Assembly (NCBI GenBank): GCA_024679065.1
Contig: JAGIQG010000021.1
Location: forward strand, 20,088,001 to 20,152,000
DNA: 64,000 nt
Direction: 5' to 3'
Source of the DNA: Sphyrna mokarran
Lineage: Eukaryota
Shown here: positions 51,268 through 62,489 of the stretch, in pieces
Layout of the letters: each line of letters begins with the position of its first letter
Position numbering within the stretch: position 1 is the first letter of the stretch
Notes under the pieces: generated by a model
Database searches by the model: none
The model's input: only the letters and a program-made list of their open reading frames with translations
What the model was told of the DNA's origin: nothing
Made by a program: the position numbers and the translations under genes

Positions 51268-51972
51268 CCCAGTCTCCCAGTCAAATCGGTGGAGATAGTA
51301 TCACCCAGTCAAACTGGTGAAGATTGTATCACCCAACCTTCTAGTTAAACTGATGAAAACTGTATCACCCCAGCTTTCTAGTTAAACTGTGGAGACTGTA
51401 TCACCCAGCCTTCTAGTTAAACTGTGGAGACTGTATCACTCCAGCTTTCTAGTTAAACTGTGGAGACTGTATCACCCCAGCTTTCTAGTTAAACTGTGGA
51501 GACTGTATCACCCCAGCTTTCTAGTTAAACTGCTGGAGACAGTATCACCCAGCCTTCTAGTTAAACTGTGGAGACTGTATCACCCCAGCTTTCTAGTTAA
51601 ACTGTTGGAGACAGTATCATCTAGTCTCCCAGTTACACTGGTGGAGGCTGTATCACCCAGTCTCCCAATCAAATTGGTGGAAACAATATCAGCCAGTTTT
51701 CTAGTTAAACTGGTGAACACAGTCTCACCCGGTCTCCCGGTTAATCTGGTGAACACAGTATCACCCAGTCGCTAGTTAAACTGGTGGAGACAGTATCACC
51801 CTGTCTTCTAGTTAAACTGGTAAACACAGTCTCACCCGGTCTCCCGGTTAATCTGGTGAACACAGTAACATCCAGTCTCTAGTGAAACTGGTGAACACCA
51901 TCACCTAGTCTCCAGTTAAAACTGGTGGAGGATGTATCATCCAGTCCCCTAGTGAACATAGTCTCATCCCGG
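51268..51972. repeat. ~35-36 bp minisatellite, roughly 19-20 units
   Basis: Unit actgtatcaccccagctttctagttaaactgtggag. Homogeneous in the middle, diverged at the edges. Confidence 0.95.
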
Positions 51973-53405
51973 TGTTGCAGTTGGTACACTTCCAGTTACC
52001 TCATCAATTTAAACCACCGGAAAAGCACATGGCCATTTTGGTGGAAGTTCGGTCGGGAGGCAGCGGGCGGGCGGTCAGAGGCTGTAAGGATGGTTCACTA
52101 ACCAGGCTACTGCTGGCAAGAAAACCGACACTGCTAGGGTAAAAACGAAACAACTGGGACAGACCCTTATTTGACAAACGCGAATAGTGAGACTGCTCTC
52201 TGGTTGGGAAAATGTAAATGCTACATTTCTCAGCAGTTCACTCCCAGAGTGAGATCAGATCATGGGACACCACATACACATCCCACTTCTTATGAGATCA
52301 TCTTTCAAGCATGCCACTTCGCATGAATGTTTGAGATGGTGCACATTTGACTAGTGTGTGTGTAGCTTGAGACAAAGAGATTTTCTATGCAGCGTTTGAA
52401 TAAATTCTTGGATATTTTAATCCATTCCAGAAGATTTTTTTTCAAGGGGGAGGGGGAATTTCCAATGGGACACGGAATGATTGCCAATGTTACAAAACTG
52501 GGGCAATGTGGGGTCAGTGTTTATCGTGTCTTTAGCACACCGTTTAAATCCATTTCAACCAAAATTTGTCCACAGAAACATTCCTTAATTCAGTGCAAAT
52601 CACCCCCTTCAAACGTTCCGTAATTAGATGGGTGAAGGGCGGCACTGCGGACTGCACAAGCTCAAATTTTAGCCGTGGAAGCGGGAGATTAGATGCGTGA
52701 AGGATACCATGTAAATTGGAGAATGAAAGCGGGCGGTGTGCTGGAAAACTGAAGCAGCTGCTGATCTTGTTATGAGATATTATGTGTCAATTCATAACTC
52801 AACATTTCACTTCCTAAGGTGGCATCAGCACCTTTTCAGGAGCCCCGAAGGCGCTTCACACTGGCGTACAGTCAATCCGGACACCGCTCTCCCACAGAAA
52901 GCAAACCAAGTGAGCCGTCAGTGTGTGCTGAGTGAGCAATGTGAGACAGATTTGTTGCTGCTGTTGTATCAGTTTAGTGTCGTCCGCCCAGGTTTTAACC
53001 TGGGGGAGCAGGGTTTCCGGACGATGCAGCATCCTCACCAGTGCTGCACTGGAGCAGCGGCAGAGAGAGCAGGATCTGAAGCCGCAACCTCCCATATCAC
53101 AGAGTCACTGCAGGAAACAGGTTCTGTTCAGTAAAGCCAACATCCGAATTTGGACGGAGTTGATTAACGACAGTCTCTCTCCTCCGCCTGGGGTGGCGGT
53201 AAAACCTTACTGGGGGAGGGGAGAACGGTGAAGGGGGGGGGGAATTGTAAAATGGTAGACATTTCCTAAAAGAGTTTATGGGGAATGTGTTGTTGTGTTT
53301 GATGGAATTAGTTGCTATAATGGTTGGAGCGGAACCCCAATTCCCGCTCTTCCCCCGGGACTGGAACTGACCTAGCGAACAACAGGTACTCGCAAGGCAA
53401 GCTTT

Positions 53406-53533
53406 AAAAGACAGCGGATGCTGGAATCCGAATCAAAAACAGAAAATGCTGGAAAACCTCAGCAGGTCTGGCAGCATCTGTGCGGAGAGAATAGAGCCAA
53501 CATTTCAAGTCTAGATGACCCTTCGCCAGGGAG
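53406..53533 (-). mobile_element. Family-1 short Penelope-type repeat with hammerhead motif (core mutated)
   Basis: Minus strand CTGGCGA A GGGTC ATCTA GACTT GAAA TGTT GGCT. A partial opposite-orientation copy lies at ~53803-53862. Confidence 0.7.
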
Positions 53534-55349
53534 TTTAAAAGGGGCTTCCTGGTCACTGAGCACCTGGTAAGTTAGGCTCCCACTCTCGAGAATTCCTCTG
53601 GCCCTTCTGTTCATCTAACCTCCCTGTCTCATATTTCACAATTCCACACGGGCAGCAAACTCATCCGTTGCCCCAAACAACACTCACTGCCTCCCCGCTC
53701 ATTTTCAACAATAATCTTGATGTAGCCCCGTGTGTAAACTAGTGCCCCATTACCCTCCCAAGAAGGTGCATAGTGCACTCCAATGGCCAAACTTCCTCCC
53801 CCCCTCTCTCTGCGCAGATAGAGGCAGACCTGCTGAGAGTTCCCAACACTTTCTGTTCAGATCCCACTCTTCTCCCTCTCTGTATATAAATAAAACACAT
53901 TTCCTCGATTAGATTCACAGTTTTGGGATTCACACTGGGTAGTGGTTCAGAGTATTCCCCTAGTGAGAGGACATTTCTCCCCCCAAAAAACCTCTTCCTT
54001 ATTTCCAGCCCAGATTTTAGAAATATTGTTCTTATCCCACGATTCCATTAAGAATCCCCATTGCAAACCCCTAACCTCGCAATATTGCACAAACACCTAC
54101 TCCTACCAAGGTATTTTTTTAAAAAAAATTCCAATGTAGAATCTTCCCACTTCCTCCCCCCCCACCCCCAATCTGTGTCCAGAGCTGATATGTTGGTGGA
54201 AACGTGCCCCAACCGACATAGCAGCCAGCCAATGTCACCCTTCATAGAAAGGACGGTCTTTTTAAATGCAGGTTCGGATCTGAAGTAACTTCGCCGCCGG
54301 TGTCCCTGTTGCTCAGACACGGATTATGTCGGAAGGTCGGTCGCCATATTTCGGTCTCTAGGTGTCTGTCTGCAACCGTGACTCCAGAACTGAGAGGCTT
54401 TCAAACCAAGGGGAGGCTCGGGGAGCTGCTGTGCAATGAAACACGCAAAAAAATGTACCTGACCTGATTATTAATATTAATGAGACGATCTTTCCAGCAC
54501 TGGTCTACTTTGCTATTTTGGGTGATAGTGTAATATGGAAACCGCGAATTCCAATACACTGGAACAATGGCCGGCTTGCTCGGCGCCAGCTTAGCTTTTT
54601 CTCTGCCCATCTCCAGCCATTTACTCTGGCTGTAAACTTATTTCATCATTTCCACCTAATCATGATTAGATGTTAGAAATATGTCCGTCCAAAGGTGCCG
54701 CTTCATGGTTCCTTTGTGAGGCGTCGTAAAATAAACTGAATTCATGTTCTGGGCAGCGGAGGTTGGTTTGTTTTAAGTTAAAAATAGTACAGCTTTAAAA
54801 GGCGATTTGGATTTTCAGACATTTTCCCTCGATTCTTTCATGTCACGCAGTCCTTCTCGAACACAGTGCGCATTGAAACATTTACATTTATGATTAAGTG
54901 CACTTGATCATAAAATAATATCGCGGCAAACCTCCGAGTCCCCTTTTAATAACAGAATTGTTGTGCCATCCTTAGGACTGGTAACCTTCACCTAGAAACA
55001 ACCGCGCCCTGTGGGCAAATGTGTAACGAATCAATTCACAAACAATCGTGTTGTGAAAACTCGTGGTGATTCCTATTTGACGTTACATTGGAACGGAAAC
55101 GATTAAATTCACCTGACATCTTAATGCTAAAGAAAATTCGCGTGTTAAAGACTTTTTTTAAAAAAAATTCCATTTGAAAAATAAATAGGTCGACCAATAA
55201 AGCAAATACCTAGAAAAATCAGTGATGTAACCAGTGGTCAGTTGCCAGATGATGCTCAAATTGTGTAAATTGAACTCCATATGGAAAGTGAGATTCTCAT
55301 TAGAGCCGATTAGGAAATATTTACTCCAATGTACCTGTGGTATATGTGT

Positions 55350-55508
55350 TAGAACCTAAGAAATAGGAGCTATTTGTCCCTTCGAGCCTTCTGCATCATT
55401 CAGTAAGACATTCTACCTCAACTCCAACAACCTATCCCTGAATCCCTTTGTACCCCGAATCCATCTTGAATATACCGAACCACTGAGTTTCCACAGGTCT
55501 CTGGGTAT
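55350..55508 (-). mobile_element. CR1 3' UTR fragment
   Basis: agaacctaagaaataggagc...cccttcgagcct...cattcagtaaga, similar to 21558-21640. Confidence 0.6.
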
Positions 55509-56189
55509 ACCAGAGGTGTGATTCGTATCTGGAGATACCATATATTAACCACATTTGTATATTTAATGTGCATTGTATAATTGAGGAATATATATACAAT
55601 AGACTATATCTGAGCCATATTCCATCTGTGATATTCTGTCTTTTTGTATTGAATATATATTTGAGGTATACTGTATATCAGGATGAAGTATATAGTATAT
55701 TACGATGTTACGTAATATCATATATGGTTTTGCATCTTAGGTTAATAATACTTGACAATCTACTATCTATTGCATCTGGCAGCTTAGTCAGTGTGAAACA
55801 TGCCGGCCAAACTTGAAATCTGCTGGCAACTTTTGTGAATCCAGTTCAGCCATTAAGGTTAACATCATATTTTCCAACATGATTCGTCTTTTGGAGTCTT
55901 TCCCTTTTTGTTCCATTGGTGTCCATCCCATTGCCTGCAGGATATGTGTTCCTTTTTCAATACCATCTGTCCAATCTCTCATTCCCAGCCCACTTTCTTT
56001 CTAATTGGAAATTTGATCACGTTCATTTTATCACTTCTAATCTTTCCTCAAGATTAGATGCTTTCAACATTTATCATGGTAAGTTACTATTACCATCCAA
56101 TTTAGCCCTTAACTTGAAAGTTCTGATCTAATACATGATCACAGCAATACACTTGTGATCTTGTGACCTATGCCATGCACCTCTGGAAC

Positions 56190-56420
56190 TATTGTCTCGA
56201 ATATTTTGGTAAATAATCGATTATTACCTTAGATATCTCTAAAGTCTCTGACAGAGTTTGGCACCACATACCTTTAAACAAGTTACCATCATGATAGCCA
56301 CCATTAATGTTAATGTTTTTTTCCTATTCCCTCGAGTCTAGATCATTCTACTATTGATACAGCTGATGATTTGTATTTTTCTGTCTGACGGCACCACCTT
56401 TTGTCCTTAGTCTATAACTA
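56190..56420 (+). mobile_element. Ancient LINE RT fragment
   Basis: ttagatatctctaaagtctctgacagagtttggcac = LDISKVSDRVWH (LDISKAFDxVWH motif). Confidence 0.5.
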
Positions 56421-56906
56421 TTGTTTACCTTTCCAAACCTTCCCACGTTATATCCACCAATCTTCACGATTACCTACACCGTCTCCAGCAGCTTTCTATT
56501 TTAAAATCTCAAATTTATTTATGTCCAGCAACCCAACTCTACAACTGCGGTGTCTTTGTAAGAACTGAATACTGCTCCCACAGGTTCCGTTGACTGGATA
56601 GAGGAATAGTTTTTCAACCGGTGCATAATTCTTACGTTCTCCTTCGCTTTCAGCCCCTCTACCCTCGAATATCCTCGTCTTTTTTTTTGCTTTATCAATA
56701 CTGTTATGATCAGCACTCCTGAACATTTGTTCCTTCAAGTAAACCTTTAAGGATGATCTTTCTGCTGCCAGTAAAATTAGAACTACCACATTATGTAATC
56801 TTGACATACTGTTTATCTGTGCACAGTGTGAAGAATTTGTAAATCTGTCCATTTTTCATTCTAAAATATCCAGACTTTGAAAATCTAAGCTTGGTTTTAC
56901 TTATCC

Positions 56907-57009
56907 AAACAAAAGGAGAAAATGCTGGAAAATCTCATCAGGTCTGACAGGGTCTGTGGAGAGAGAACAGAGCCAACATTTCGGGTCTGTATGATCCTTC
57001 GTCAGAGCT
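56907..57009 (-). mobile_element. Family-1 short Penelope-type repeat, best-preserved copy
   Basis: Homologous to the 20131, 31422 and 53406 copies. Confidence 0.7.
56971..57009 (-). ncRNA. Minimal type-I hammerhead ribozyme motif
   Basis: AGCU-CUGACGA-A-GGAUC/AUACA/GACCC-GAAA-UG-UU-GGCU. Intact CUGANGA and GAAA boxes, stem II with one mismatch, 4-bp stem I, loopless stem III. Confidence 0.6.
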
Positions 57010-57224
57010 GACGTTTTACCCATATTTGACCTCATTTTCCCGACTTTCTTTCGGGTTTTCCCAACTTGGTGACATCCTGCAGTTTAGGCTTTGGCCTAAT
57101 ATGGTTTCTAATTTTGTTATAAAATATTGGGGATAGATGGATCTGATACATTTTATGTAGCGCTTGGTATTTCTGGAAGTTATTCAAGCATGAGTTACTG
57201 TCCATTGATAACTATCATTTTATA

Positions 57225-57494
57225 AGAAAGATGGCCACCCTTTTTCTTACACCTACAATGACTAGTTAATCTGTTTTAGTGATACTGGTTGAGAGCAAAG
57301 AGAATTGGCCACTGGGAGAATCCCTTGTTTGTCTTCAAATAGTACCAGAGGTACCCGGACAAGCAGACAAGACACCAATTTCCATATCCCAAACAATGGC
57401 AGCGTATTTGTCATGTGGTTACCTCATTGACCCGAATTATGTGCATGGCAGGGGCTTGAACATTGCGCTCAGTCATAAAACTGAGCCAAGCTGA
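57225..57494 (-). mobile_element. DeuSINE-like element (SacSINE1/AmnSINE1 superfamily)
   Basis: Minus strand tcagcttggctcagtt head, gttcaagcccc B box, Deu-domain-like ggtactatttgaagacaaacaagggattctcccagtggccaattctctttgctctcaacc. Confidence 0.55.
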
Positions 57495-60400
57495 TGTTGA
57501 CAGACACAGCACACCCAAGTTATATCTGTTGTCGTGTACTGTGTATCCGCACTGCTTGCATATCTGTTGCACGTATGCTATATCTATAAATATTCTATAA
57601 TGCAGTGGTGTACGTGGAGCGAACTATGTCCCTGCAATATGCTGCACGTCTTCAATGAATGCACACCCCTAGAAGACTGCATATGTGTTATGTATTGGTT
57701 TAGCCCTTGCAGTTAGCCATTTGAATCGGAGTAACGGAAAGTTTGGCAAAATGTCGGAAAAGGGGAAGGGGAAATGTCTGTTTTCAAAACTACTGTAAGA
57801 TTGCTATATCATGTGTAAAACTGCGGTAGTTGCTGCACTTTAGCCCTTGCTGGGATTGAATGCTCAATCGCGTGTATTTCCTATCTTTTTGGGAGTAGCA
57901 GCGTGTAACATGCTGGCAAACAGTTGGGAATTTGCAGCACATGAACAAATTCCCCGCTTCCCCAACCCCCAGCTTGGCAAGGGCCGTTTAATAGCCTGCC
58001 ACATAGGCTCATCTGGAGACAGCACACACCTTAGTAGGTGGTGGAGACTGATCGATAGATCAGAAGGATAGAATTTAAGTTCTAAAAGATTTCAGAGATA
58101 GGCGATCTGAAGGAGCTGACGCAGCAACATTATTATCTGCAGAAGCAATGTTAGCGAATGGACATCAGGAAAGAGACGCAAATCCCTCCTTTCTAATAAA
58201 TCAAATTACTCACTGAAACACACACACCTATTTTAATGCACTTAGATTCTTTGGTAATCTTTTACATTCTTGTCACACATTTTTAATGAAACGCTGCCCA
58301 ATGACGTACATAGAAAAATCTATCAGTACAAACACATAAAACCATGGAAATCCCTGGCGGGCTTTCAGGCGGGCGGCGAACCCGGTCTTTCTTTCTCAGA
58401 TACTGACTAATCTGTGATATATTTCTGACCTGCACAGACATGTTTGAATACGCACTAATGGTTAATAGTGAATTCCGCTGTTTAGTGAGGTGCTGCAACA
58501 GTTCAAACGGGCGGGGGAGGAGAGGCTGGGGGAGTGGGGGGGGTGGCCAGCACCAGTTGGAATGAATTCACAAACACTGAAGGTAAATCACACGGTAAAT
58601 GACAAGCCAGCGAGGAGAAAAAAAACCTGCTTTAACTCAGCACCAACTATTTAACACCGACTCTTTTTTTTTGCCAACGCGCTAATCTTTTCAATGGTGA
58701 ACTTCTTAAAACAAAGTTTCCAAAGAATCAGCATGTTTCTGTAAAGGAAATTACTTAAAAAGGAGTGCCATGGATTGTTTGTCGAATGGTACACACACAA
58801 TCGCCCTCCATGATGAATAGGTTGCAGATATGTCTTGGGGTTTGCGGCCATTCATTAAAGCGATGTTTTGGGAGTCAAGGTGATGTCTATTACCCTCCCA
58901 ACCGCTTTGTGCACACTGATTAAGCTGTAAATAAGTCAATCTTAATGAAAAGGCGTTCTGGCCGCGGGTTGAACAGCTGCCACCAGCCAGGTGATAAAAG
59001 GTTAGAAAACGCCGGTGGCTGGACAGGAGTCTGGACGGGGATCAGATATTCCTCTGATTCTTCAACCATAAATCTGCATAGAGTGCCTGGCTTCCAACGA
59101 CGGAGGAGAAGAGGACAAAAAATAAGAAACCCAAACTCTTTGTGATCAAAGTGGAATGCAAACTGAAAACAATCCCTGCCCTTGGGTAGCCAGCATTATG
59201 AGAATGTGGAGACTATAGCGGCGGCAGCAGGAGCAGGGTCAGGGCTTGTCTTTGATCTGTTAAAATGGGTAATGTGTGAACACAATGGCGGGGATGTACC
59301 CTGGTCATTCCCTGGTGTAATGGACCGCGTGTTCACTCCATTAAACATCAAATTCATGCATTAAATTAACAGATTTACAATAACCTTTCATTTTTCTCAT
59401 TTGATTCAACTATTATGCACCTCTCCTCGTTTATCATTGCCTTTATTTGTCTCTCGCTTCATTGCTCCATTTCCTCCCTACCCGTTACGCCATCACTCCT
59501 ACTTCGAGATTCATTTTTTGTTTCCTTTCTGCCATTTGCTTCCTTTTCTTCGCACAGGCTTGCAGAATGGCTAACATTACGGAATTGGCGGAGGCACTAG
59601 GGGAAAACGACGTGGGTGTTGAGGCGGCGCACAATGAGATACCTTTCCGCTGTTAAAACTCGACATCCGATTCGGAAAATGGCGTTGAGCTTTGATCATT
59701 GAAATTTCCTTTGTGCCCAACGGCGGGGGTGTGGTTGGAAAGGTTGCTGTATCGTTTAGGGTTTTTTAAAGATATATTCTGTTCCATCTGTAAATATGCC
59801 CTATGATCGTCAGACACAATGTGCTTGGTGTTCCAACGTTTATGTTGGTTTCTCTTCCACGTCAATCCACCAGAGACTCCCTTGGCCGGATGACATAGAA
59901 TGCAAGAAGACTTTGAAGTGATTTGGATGAAAAAGGGTTTCCAAATCTTTCAGGCTTCATCGGTAGGTTGTCCAGCACAGATCCAGAGGTTGGATTCATC
60001 AGCGACCATGCTGGAAATAATACATATAAAAGAGAGATAGTTGAAAAACAATCATATTGTTTGGATGTTAAAATCTTTGCCATGTTCCAGAAGCAGCATT
60101 GACAATCTCTGTCATTACAAGATTACTGCGTGGCAGTGTTTTTTCCATAAAATATTTCAATATAATTGGCACCAGATTTCTTTTTGAACCCCAGGCATTA
60201 CTTTTACAGATTTCATAGGTCTAATATAAGGGAAACTTTGTACTTCAAATATTGTATATTTATATCTGTGTATCTGAAAGAAAACATAAAGACAATTGGC
60301 CATAAGTAATGTTTTATTGAAAATGCCTCTTTCTTGCTCAGTAAGTAATAGGGCAAATGTTTAAACAATGTTCTGGAAGCCAAACCATTCTCCAAATTAA

Positions 60401-61806
60401 GAGAGCAGTTATAAAACTCCTTCATTTTTCAGCAACATAACAGTGCAAAAGAACTAATGACAATAAATGTAATCCCTCTTTTTCCCCTAAACACGATAAA
60501 TCCCAAACTCTAAATGGATGGAATAGTTTAATGATCTGACATGATCTATTTGGTCTCAGAGAATTTCTAAAATGCATTCTATTATAGAAAGATTTTTGTT
60601 AGTTAAGGTTTCTTGCTGAAAGTGAATCTGACAGTGTTAACCTCACAATACTAGTATACCTGGCTGAACAAAAGCAGTTAGCCTAACTATCCTACATTGG
60701 CATCCATGTCTGATTGAATTTGTTGAATGAGTGTGAGGAAATGATATTTGTACCAAATAAGTAGTGTGTCAGGCATACATTCTCCATGTAGAAAGTTGAA
60801 TTCTTGACTTCATAGTAAAAAAACTGGAAGTATTTTCTATCTTGATGTGATGTAGGATGCACTGATACAAATACATGGTATATTTTAAATTTCTAATTGA
60901 AACAAATTTGAATGGGATTAAAAAATAAATCTTGCATTTCCTTGGTGCAATCAGTCTTAAAATGACAGTGTCCTATTCTTCTCAACATTAAAATTACACT
61001 GTTTGCAAAAGTATTGCCAGAACTGCTTAATATTTGCTTTTCCTATTTCTTTTCAAAAGTTTTAATATTAAAGATATAATAATTTAGATGGTGAATTGAT
61101 TTCACTAGAATGGAGACTTAGTTGAAAGTGATTCAAGTCTTAAGAACTATGTACCTAAATGCCAAAGATGGGAACTATTAGCAAGGGAAATAGATTGCAG
61201 TCATTGGAACTCAATGACTGTTTCTACTTTGAATACAAAGCATTTGGGAAATCCAATACCATAGGGGCTGATTACTGCAGATCAATTGAAACCTGGTATG
61301 GTAACATAACTGTTCTAATGGGAAAGCAAACAGATGCTGTGCCACGACCAAAGGTGAATACAAGATAAGTATCTTTAATTTTTATGAAGCAGGTTGACAC
61401 TAATTGGGTTTGGTTATTGACTTATCTACTCAAAATCATGTATGAGAATATTCATTCATAATTCTGATTCATAGTTTTGATTAAAATGTAATACATGTTG
61501 CTATTTTGCCAAGAAGGTCATAGGAAACGGCCCAGTGACATTTTGTAGTAACGCTATACCAAGTAAATCTGATAACAGAGAACACTCATCAGCTGTGCGT
61601 ATGGGAATCTTTTTATGAGTATGACTCATGGTTGGCCAACGTCCAGGATGTAAGTGAATTCTGAAGTCCTGCTCAAAAGTTAACCAAATCCAGAAAGATT
61701 CCACTATCTATATAATATTTGACTTAATTGTTTATTAAATATAAGTCTTTTCAGGAATAAAATTGACATCACAAGATTTTGGAAAATAGGAGTGACTTCC
61801 AGGATT

Positions 61807-62045
61807 AAACAAAAAATGTTGGAAATACTCAATAGGCCAGACAGCTTCCAGAGAGTGAGGAACAGTGGTGACATTTCAGATTGATAGCCTTTCATTAGAC
61901 TGACAAAACAGTTCAGCTGCAATGAAAAGTCATTTACCTGAAATATTCATTTTGTTTCCTTCTCCCTAGATGGTACCTGACCCACTGAGTATTTCCAGTA
62001 TCTTCTGCTTTTATTTCAAATTTCCAGCATTTGCATTATTCTGCT
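61807..62045. mobile_element. Inverted pair of decayed family-1-like Penelope-type repeats
   Basis: aaaatgttggaaatactcaatagg (left) versus cccactgagtatttccagtatctt (right). Both have degenerate hammerhead-position sequences toward the centre. Confidence 0.6.
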
Positions 62046-62162
62046 GTTGTGTGAATAACTTGCAAGTGTTATTTCAAAGCACTTAATCATCAACAGATCA
62101 TTTGGATTGCCTGGGCATAAAGATTGATTGAAAATGGAGCAGTGAAAAACACATTGTTGTGT

Positions 62163-62489
62163 AATCATAGAAACCCTATAGAAGGAGGCTATTCAACCTA
62201 TCAAATCTGCACTGACAACAATCCCACCCCTGGCCCTATCCCCACACATTTATTTCACTAATCCTTCTAACCTACATCCTGGGACATTTATGCGCAATTT
62301 AGCATGACCAATCAATCTAACCTGTGCATCTTCGGACTGTGGAACGAAACCAGATCACCCGGCAGAAACTCATGCAAACATGGGGAGAATGTGCAAACTC
62401 CACACAGACAGTGACCTAAGCCGGGAACCAAACTCAGGTCCTTGGAGCTGTGAGGCGGCGGTGCTAACCACTATGCCATCATGCCGCCC
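62163..62489 (-). mobile_element. HE1-like V-SINE with CR1-type tail
   Basis: aatcatagaaaccc...gaaggaggc...ggggagaatgtgcaaactccacacagacagtgacc...gtgctaaccactatgccatcatgccgccc. Confidence 0.85.

Noticed and set aside
51268-51972. CRISPR-like array, and ORF 51389-51775
   Set aside because: Units are contiguous with no unique spacers, there are no cas genes, and the context is eukaryotic. The ORF is just the translated repeat.
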